A stretch of DNA of 32,000 nucleotides from Candidatus Thorarchaeota archaeon. GTDB lineage: Archaea; Asgardarchaeota; Heimdallarchaeia; Hodarchaeales; Hodarchaeaceae. Shown here piece by piece: positions 26,476 through 32,000 of this stretch. Positions within the stretch are counted from its first letter, which is position 1; each line of letters starts with the position of its first letter. The notes beneath the pieces are model-generated. The model did no database searches, was not told the DNA's origin, and saw only the letters and a list, made by a program, of their open reading frames with translations. The position numbers were made by a program, and so were the translations under genes. The DNA lies in the NCBI GenBank assembly GCA_048882505.1, contig JBHLRO010000004.1:213723-245722 (forward strand), given 5' to 3'.

Positions 26476-27165
26476 TTGTTGAGACTACTGATGCTGTCGA
26501 TGTCGTTCTTCATTGTTCCAGGCTTTGAAAACATCGATCATGGGGAGGTACGTCGAATATTAGATCTTGTTCAGAGCGTCATTGCTTTCTCACAGGGCCA
26601 ACCACTACATAAGAAAGCCATTGGTAGGATCACCAAAAAATTGGGGTCTCGAATGAGTGGTAGCATATTATTTCCTGGAGGGTCCAGTGTCCTTTTTGCT
26701 TGGCGTTTCCCAATCGAAAAGATCGGGGCTGTTGTGGTAAAACCTTACTATAATGGCACAATTACCCGCCTTCTGATACATTATTTCACCCAGATTGATT
26801 ATCTCCAAACTTACACAGATAAAGACTTCCTGTCTCCCAATGGTAAGGTAATTTTACTCAATATTCCTCAAGTGGTTGGTTTCGCGAAGATCGAAACCTT
26901 CAATCGTGAATTTCCAACTTTATTGGTAGAAGAAGCGCTGGGAGAATCTATTCAAGCAAATCCGACTTTGATTCGCCAAGTAAGCGAGATTGTACGTCGA
27001 ATGGCTTTGAAAGGGCTTATTTTCGACTTTTATCCTTCAAATTGGAAACTTCATGGAAAAAAACTGACTTACGTGGATCTATTGAGCTCAAATAAACTAA
27101 AAAATCTGAGAGAAAGAATTACTCAACTATTGGAAAAGATTGAGTCTCAGACAGCGAAAATGTGA
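26476..27165 (+). CDS. Atypical protein-kinase-like fold protein (Bud32/RIO/APH-like)
   Basis: Ordered kinase motifs: Gly-loop 'PGGSSVLF', beta3 Lys 'VVVKPY', 'IPQVVG', hinge 'LLVEEALG', catalytic loop 'GLIFDFYPSNW' and 'YVDL'. The start may be ATG 26491 or 26500. Confidence 0.65.
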   Translation: MLRLLMLSMSFFIVPGFENIDHGEVRRILDLVQSVIAFSQGQPLHKKAIGRITKKLGSRMSGSILFPGGSSVLFAWRFPIEKIGAVVVKPYYNGTITRLLIHYFTQIDYLQTYTDKDFLSPNGKVILLNIPQVVGFAKIETFNREFPTLLVEEALGESIQANPTLIRQVSEIVRRMALKGLIFDFYPSNWKLHGKKLTYVDLLSSNKLKNLRERITQLLEKIESQTAKM

Positions 27166-27180
27166 CTTGCAATATTGGGA

Positions 27181-27747
27181 TTATAACTCCCCGTCACGGT
27201 AATACACTGCGCGCCTTATTGCTGAAGCAAAAGCAGTCCCGACTCCTTTTCCCGTGACCGCAGAGGTGGGAAAGTAAGGGGCATTTAATTTATCTGCGAA
27301 CCTTTGTCCGATCTCATCCTGGAATTCCCTATCTTTGATGTCAATTTTATTTGCACAAAGTACCGCTGGCACAGTTCCTAGCGTTTTCTTAACTTCTTTC
27401 ACCCAATAGGGAAGTGAAATAAGGGTTGATTCTCGTGTGACATCCGCAACGTAGATAACTGAGTGTGCTCCTTCATAGAATATGGGACGAACCTTATCAA
27501 AGGTTGGTTGGCCAGAAAGATCCCAAAAAATCGCTGTTGTATGGCCTGCAGTTTTCTCAGGTGCTCTAATTTTCAGGAAAGATATATCGGCTCCAGCAGT
27601 TGGTTTATGTTCAAAATCTCTTCTCGTAAAGACTGATACAAGCTGAGTTTTCCCTACTAAGGGATCCCCCACTATTACGATCTTGTATTGAGCATGATGT
27701 GGAATTTCAAAGAGAATTTCTTCTTGGGACATGATAAAAAACTCCAT
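27181..27747 (-). CDS. Rab-like small GTPase
   Basis: G1 GDPLVGKT, G2 PTAG, G3 WDLSGQ, 'RPIFYEGA', G4 NKID, G5 SAV. The start may be the second ATG at 27732. Confidence 0.95.
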   Translation of the reverse strand: MEFFIMSQEEILFEIPHHAQYKIVIVGDPLVGKTQLVSVFTRRDFEHKPTAGADISFLKIRAPEKTAGHTTAIFWDLSGQPTFDKVRPIFYEGAHSVIYVADVTRESTLISLPYWVKEVKKTLGTVPAVLCANKIDIKDREFQDEIGQRFADKLNAPYFPTSAVTGKGVGTAFASAIRRAVYYRDGEL

Positions 27748-27877
27748 TCAATTGATCTTGAAAAGAAATATCTAAGATCGGGTTATTGTTGAAATCCTTG
27801 TCACGAAAGCTCTGAATATGTCCAGTTATATGAGCTATAAAGAACCCTTTGGAGATTCCTCTTTAAAACTTTCTTTA

Positions 27878-28033
27878 TTATTTCTCTGATTTGCTGATAC
27901 CTGATGCCGAATCCTTTCCTTCTGCTTTTAGGACTATCTCTAAATGTTTTGTACAGTAGTATTTGGTTTTATAGCTTGCGTAGTAAGGCTCACCGCATAT
28001 AGAACACTTTTTGGGGGTGTTTGGAGACTTCAT
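27878..28033 (-). CDS. Small zinc-finger protein (51 aa, CxxC-x13-CxxH); missing from the ORF track
   Basis: Hand translation: MKSPNTPKKCSICGEPYYASYKTKYYCTKHLEIVLKAEGKDSASGISKSEK*, followed by a second TAA. It lies co-directionally between the ACH-GNAT gene and the GTPase. Confidence 0.75.
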   Translation of the reverse strand: MKSPNTPKKCSICGEPYYASYKTKYYCTKHLEIVLKAEGKDSASGISKSEK

Positions 28034-28064
28034 TTTGATTCCCTTGTTACTCAAGAAAATTCCT

Positions 28065-29972
28065 TCACTCTTCTTCCATCGAAGAGGGTAAAATTATCGG
28101 TACTTCCCATGTTAATATTGTTTCCCCTCCTTCTCTTTCTATTTTTGGATTCTTGGCAGGTCCATTAGTTGAGAAATCCTTTAAGAGTGCAATCGCGGGC
28201 TTATTGTTTCCCATTAGCTCTGTAACGAATTTGCTTATTCCCCTTGCACTGGCAACTGTTGTCAGGCAATATAAGAAGAATCTAGCCAATCCCTGGTTTC
28301 GATAATCATCATGAACCAAAAGCGAGATTTCCGCGGCATTCTGATCACGTAATACATAGAAATGGCCTGTACCAATTATTTGCTCTGAGCTTATCGGTCC
28401 CAAAAAAGCAGCAATGCCAAAATCACTTTTAAAGTTCAGGTTTGCTTCCTTCTGCGCCTCTTTATGTGGCAAGGCGCGGATGGCGCTAAAATAACGGGAG
28501 AATCGCGCTTCAGGGGACAAAGAATAAAAAAACTTCCTGAGTTTATCTTCATCAGAGCTCAAAATCGGACGCACGCGAACCGATTCTCCTTTTTTCAAAG
28601 TAAAAAGTTCCTGAAAAGCGAGTGGATAGAGGAGGGCTTCAGAGCTGTCATAAAATATTTGATCGGGATAAATATACCCTAGCTCCAATGCATGTTGAAA
28701 AAGTTCTTGCCGGAACTTCGGGTGTGCCAACTCTATCATTCTAAGGACTCGTTCTCGTAACGATGCTCCATGTAGATAGGCTATTCCAAATTCTGTAACC
28801 ACATATTCAATATTTGCTCTGGTAATTGCCACTCCTGCTCCTGGAGTTAAATGCGCGACGATGCGAGATTTCTCCCCATTCTTTGCTGTTGATGGCAATG
28901 CAATAATTCCCTTTCCATTGGGCGCCATTTGAGCACCCAAATGAAGATCCGAGGCTCCACCAATCCCACTATATAAAATATGACCGAAACTATCCCCCAC
29001 AACTTGGCCAGTTAGATCTACCTCTATTGCGGAATTGATTGCGGTCATTTTAGGATTTTTAGCAATTATATTAGGATCAAGAACATAATCAGAGGGGAAG
29101 AATTGGAAGAAGGGATTGTTATTGACGGCGTTGTACAATTTTTTCGTTCCAACACAGAATGCTGCGACAGTCGCGCCAGTATGAATGGTCTTGGCGGAGT
29201 TGTTGACAACCCCACTCTCGATTAGATCAAGGACCGAGTCATAAATCATCTCCGAGTGTATTCCCAAGTCTTTTTTAGAGGTCAAATACTTGGGAACTGT
29301 TAAGGGAACCTTTCCAAAGCCAAATTGAAGTGTAGATCCATCTTCTACCAGGGTAGCGACATTAAAGGCCACTTTTTCGATTTGTGGAGAAACTGGAGGA
29401 AGTTTCCATTCAATCAGGGGGGCTCCATTCTCGACCAGGTAATCAATGCGTGAAATCGGAACGAGACTGCCGCCATAGGTCACAGGCATTTCTGGATTAA
29501 CCTCTGCAATAACCAATCTTGCATTTTCGATCGCAGCCTTGCTAATATCCACATTGATTCCCAAAGAGACAAATCCAGATTCATCTGGCATAGAAGTTTG
29601 GACGAGGGCTACATCTATGGGCAATACTTTATTTCGAAATAATCTTGGTATCTTTCGGGTTGAAAGAGGAGTGTAATCGGCTTTTCCTTCTCGTACTGCC
29701 TGTCTAAGATTGCCTGTTATGAAAAAACTGTTATAACGAAACCGATGGACGTATTGTTCCTTCACATACGGAGCAGATCCAAGGGAAATTGCGTGATAGA
29801 TTTCATTATCCAGCGTTTGCATTTCCATCGTTGATAAATGTAATAGAAGGAGTTGAGGTTCCGCACATCCCGCACCAGCGAAAATATGATCTCCAGGTTT
29901 TATCTGTGAAAGTGCTTCGGTCGGAGTGGTTAGTTTGGATTCCCAATCCAGCCCATCTACAGGTTGAAACAT
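28065..29972 (-). CDS. Acetyl-CoA hydrolase/transferase (4-hydroxybutyrate CoA-transferase-like) fused to a C-terminal GNAT acetyltransferase
   Basis: 'DVALVQTSMPDESGFVSLG', 'STLQFGFG', 'HSEM' (catalytic Glu), 'VDLTGQV', 'GIGG' and 'VVTEFGIAYL'. The GNAT part has 'VRVRPI', 'LSPEARFSRYFS' and 'VHDDYRNQGLA'. Confidence 0.92.
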   Translation of the reverse strand: MFQPVDGLDWESKLTTPTEALSQIKPGDHIFAGAGCAEPQLLLLHLSTMEMQTLDNEIYHAISLGSAPYVKEQYVHRFRYNSFFITGNLRQAVREGKADYTPLSTRKIPRLFRNKVLPIDVALVQTSMPDESGFVSLGINVDISKAAIENARLVIAEVNPEMPVTYGGSLVPISRIDYLVENGAPLIEWKLPPVSPQIEKVAFNVATLVEDGSTLQFGFGKVPLTVPKYLTSKKDLGIHSEMIYDSVLDLIESGVVNNSAKTIHTGATVAAFCVGTKKLYNAVNNNPFFQFFPSDYVLDPNIIAKNPKMTAINSAIEVDLTGQVVGDSFGHILYSGIGGASDLHLGAQMAPNGKGIIALPSTAKNGEKSRIVAHLTPGAGVAITRANIEYVVTEFGIAYLHGASLRERVLRMIELAHPKFRQELFQHALELGYIYPDQIFYDSSEALLYPLAFQELFTLKKGESVRVRPILSSDEDKLRKFFYSLSPEARFSRYFSAIRALPHKEAQKEANLNFKSDFGIAAFLGPISSEQIIGTGHFYVLRDQNAAEISLLVHDDYRNQGLARFFLYCLTTVASARGISKFVTELMGNNKPAIALLKDFSTNGPAKNPKIEREGGETILTWEVPIILPSSMEEE

Positions 29973-30174
29973 GGTTTTCAGACCCTGAAAAATGACTGAA
30001 AGGTTTATCCTATTCTCTGATATTAGTCTTCGGATTGAAATTCTTTGTCATAAGTACACTGTAACCTCAAACTCTTTCGGCAACCTATTGATTAGCTATT
30101 GTTAAGAGAAAATTCAAACCAGCTAGTTTTCAAAGATAACTCAAGCCAGCTTATCTGGTGGTATCCAATTAGGG

Positions 30175-32000
30175 ATGTGTGTTATTACGTCCACTCTTTC
30201 TTTTTCTCCTGATGTCATTAAAAATGGACTAGAAAACATAATTCAAGGTGAAGCTGTCAGTAGCGAAATTACGCGATATTTATTCAGTACTGATGCATCT
30301 GTATACCGTATCATGCCATCTTGCGTTGTTTTTCCAAAAAATCCTGAGGATGTGAGGACCGTCCTCAAATTTGCCAATTCTCGGGGAATACCAGTGCATG
30401 CACGGGGAGCAGGATCTGGTCTTGGTGGTGCCGCCCTTGGAAGTGGTATTATTCTCGCCATGAGAAAATTCATGAACAAAATAATCGAGATTAATGACGA
30501 GGAAAACTACGCTATTGTACAACCAGGTGTCATTTGCGGAAAATTGAACAATGAGCTTGCTAAAATTGGAAAAATTGTTTACGTAGACAATTCATCAGAA
30601 AATTACGCATCATTGGGTGGGATGATCGGTACAAACTCGTCAGGGGCTCATGCAGTTAAGTACGGGTATATGGCAGATTTTGTTGAAGAGTTAACTGTTA
30701 TACTGTCAAATGGGGAGGAAATAAAGACGCATCCAATGGAAATAGGGTCGCCTGAGTATAATGAGATCACGGCTCACAATACACTCGAAGCAGAGATTTA
30801 CAAAACCGCTGTTAGCCTTGTTAACAATCAAAGGACGCGGGAGCTTATTGCAACAAACTTTCCAAAGGTTCGCATGAGTGTCAGTGGGTATAATATTCGT
30901 GATCTTATTAAGGGTAATGTCATCGATCTGTCCAAACTCTTTTTAGGTTCTGAAGCTACTCTGGGGATAGTTGTAGAAGCGAAGCTGAAGTTGATCCCTA
31001 AACCCACCAAAAAATCGTTGGTCGTTATCGAATTTGAAAATCTGATGAACTCAGGTACAGCGGTGGAGATAATAGTCAGAGAAATTGGACCTGCTGCGAT
31101 CGAAATCCTCGGTAAAAGCGTTCTAGAGATTGGAGTGAGTGTCGACCCCTCATTAAAAGAAGTACTACCTGATCCATTACCTGATAATGTGCTCTATGTT
31201 GAGTTCGATGAAGAAAATCCCCAGGCTAGAGCAGACAAGGTCGCTCAGGTTCGTAAGGTAATTCTCGAGGAGAAAAGGCTAGCAAAAGATATGAAAGCCA
31301 GTGATGATCCTGTAGAGCAAGCTGCACTATGGAAAGTAAGAAAGGAAGCAGTTCCTCTTTTGCAAATCCTTCGTGGCGATCCCCGACGGATAATGGCATT
31401 TGTTGAAGACCAAACTGTGCCCTTAGAACATTTAGGAAGCTACATGACTACCCTACGAGAACAAGTTTTCCCCAAGCACGGGATTAAAGCAGCCATTTAT
31501 GGCCATGCAGCCAAAGGACTGGTACACACACGTCCGTTTGTAAGCACGCGGGATGCAAAGGATCTACAGATTATTGAGAAAATCGCAGAAGAAGTAAATA
31601 CCACTGTTATCGGATTCGGGGGGTCAATTTCAGGGGAGCATAATGACGGGTTCACACGTATTAATTTCATTAAACGCCTGTACGGAGAAGAAATTTATGA
31701 CATTTTTAAGCGAATAAAGAAAACCGCGGATCCGAACACCATTCTAAATCCTGACAAAAAAATCACAGAGAAGAAGAATCTTCTAACGTCCAACCTCCGA
31801 TATGGAGCCAATTACGAAAGCATTCCCTTGGAGACCAACCTTGTTTGGCTAGAAAAACGGGCTTTTGAGGATGAAATCGAAAGCTGCCATGGATGCGGTA
31901 AATGTACTGTTGAATTCTTACCGGCGCGTGATTGCCCAATTTATCGGGCCAAGATCGATACGACTGAAGAACTATCGGCTCCCCGAGCGCGATCGAATTT
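30175..32000 (+). CDS. FAD-linked 2-hydroxyacid oxidoreductase with a 4Fe-4S domain (GlcD/Dld/YdiJ-like), partial at the right edge; missing from the ORF track
   Basis: Frame +1 is open from ATG 30175 to the end of the window. Motifs 'TDASVY...VVFPKN', 'ARGAGSGLGG', 'LGGMIGTNSSG', 'GSEATLG', 'YGHA', 'GSISGEH.DG' and 'LNP', then the Fe-S motif 'CHGCGKC'. Confidence 0.92.
   Translation, partial: MCVITSTLSFSPDVIKNGLENIIQGEAVSSEITRYLFSTDASVYRIMPSCVVFPKNPEDVRTVLKFANSRGIPVHARGAGSGLGGAALGSGIILAMRKFMNKIIEINDEENYAIVQPGVICGKLNNELAKIGKIVYVDNSSENYASLGGMIGTNSSGAHAVKYGYMADFVEELTVILSNGEEIKTHPMEIGSPEYNEITAHNTLEAEIYKTAVSLVNNQRTRELIATNFPKVRMSVSGYNIRDLIKGNVIDLSKLFLGSEATLGIVVEAKLKLIPKPTKKSLVVIEFENLMNSGTAVEIIVREIGPAAIEILGKSVLEIGVSVDPSLKEVLPDPLPDNVLYVEFDEENPQARADKVAQVRKVILEEKRLAKDMKASDDPVEQAALWKVRKEAVPLLQILRGDPRRIMAFVEDQTVPLEHLGSYMTTLREQVFPKHGIKAAIYGHAAKGLVHTRPFVSTRDAKDLQIIEKIAEEVNTTVIGFGGSISGEHNDGFTRINFIKRLYGEEIYDIFKRIKKTADPNTILNPDKKITEKKNLLTSNLRYGANYESIPLETNLVWLEKRAFEDEIESCHGCGKCTVEFLPARDCPIYRAKIDTTEELSAPRARSN

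Noticed and set aside
27944-28168. 74-aa hydrophobic plus-strand ORF from the track
   Set aside because: It is antisense to both the ACH-GNAT 3' end and the Zn-finger microprotein, which has a clear motif. It is most likely a shadow ORF.
1029-31010. Numerous 60-170 aa ORFs nested in or antisense to the long genes (e.g. 1029-1226, 4048-4317, 10995-11399, 13742-14107, 16345-16860, 22259-22660, 24332-24709, 30243-30522)
   Set aside because: They overlap well-supported genes, have no recognisable motifs and show the composition expected of shadow frames.

Overview
The window looks like core chromosome from an AT-rich archaeon, most likely Asgard (Heimdallarchaeia/Hodarchaeales-like). That call is an inference from two Rab-like small GTPases, a longin-like protein, archaeal GGTGA/GGAGG Shine-Dalgarno sites, a bacterial-type gyrase and a eukaryote-like Topo VI. 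The centrepiece is a co-directional gyrB-gyrA-top6B-top6A cluster (13.5-26.4 kb) with a metallophosphoesterase just upstream and a kinase-like gene just downstream. Both Topo VI subunits are unusual. Top6B (~2320 aa) has a normal, apparently intact ~570-aa enzyme followed by ~1750 aa of about 28 HhH/RNAP-alpha-CTD-like repeats. Top6A has an N-terminal domain that aligns by eye with ubiquitin. Other genes: an archaeal SMC-related zinc-hook protein, a Rid-family protein, DUF296, a stand-alone TFIIB-like repeat, a Zn-finger/pseudo-nuclease, a HemK2 methyltransferase, two degenerate RCK proteins, an acetyl-CoA hydrolase-GNAT fusion and a truncated FAD/Fe-S oxidoreductase. Four probable coding regions are missing from the ORF track: a partial ORF at 1-177, an RHH regulator at 11552-11719, a micro Zn-finger at 27878-28033 and the oxidoreductase from 30175 to the end. 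I saw no rRNA, tRNA, CRISPR array, intein or mobile element. All domain calls come from motif recognition by eye; no searches were run.
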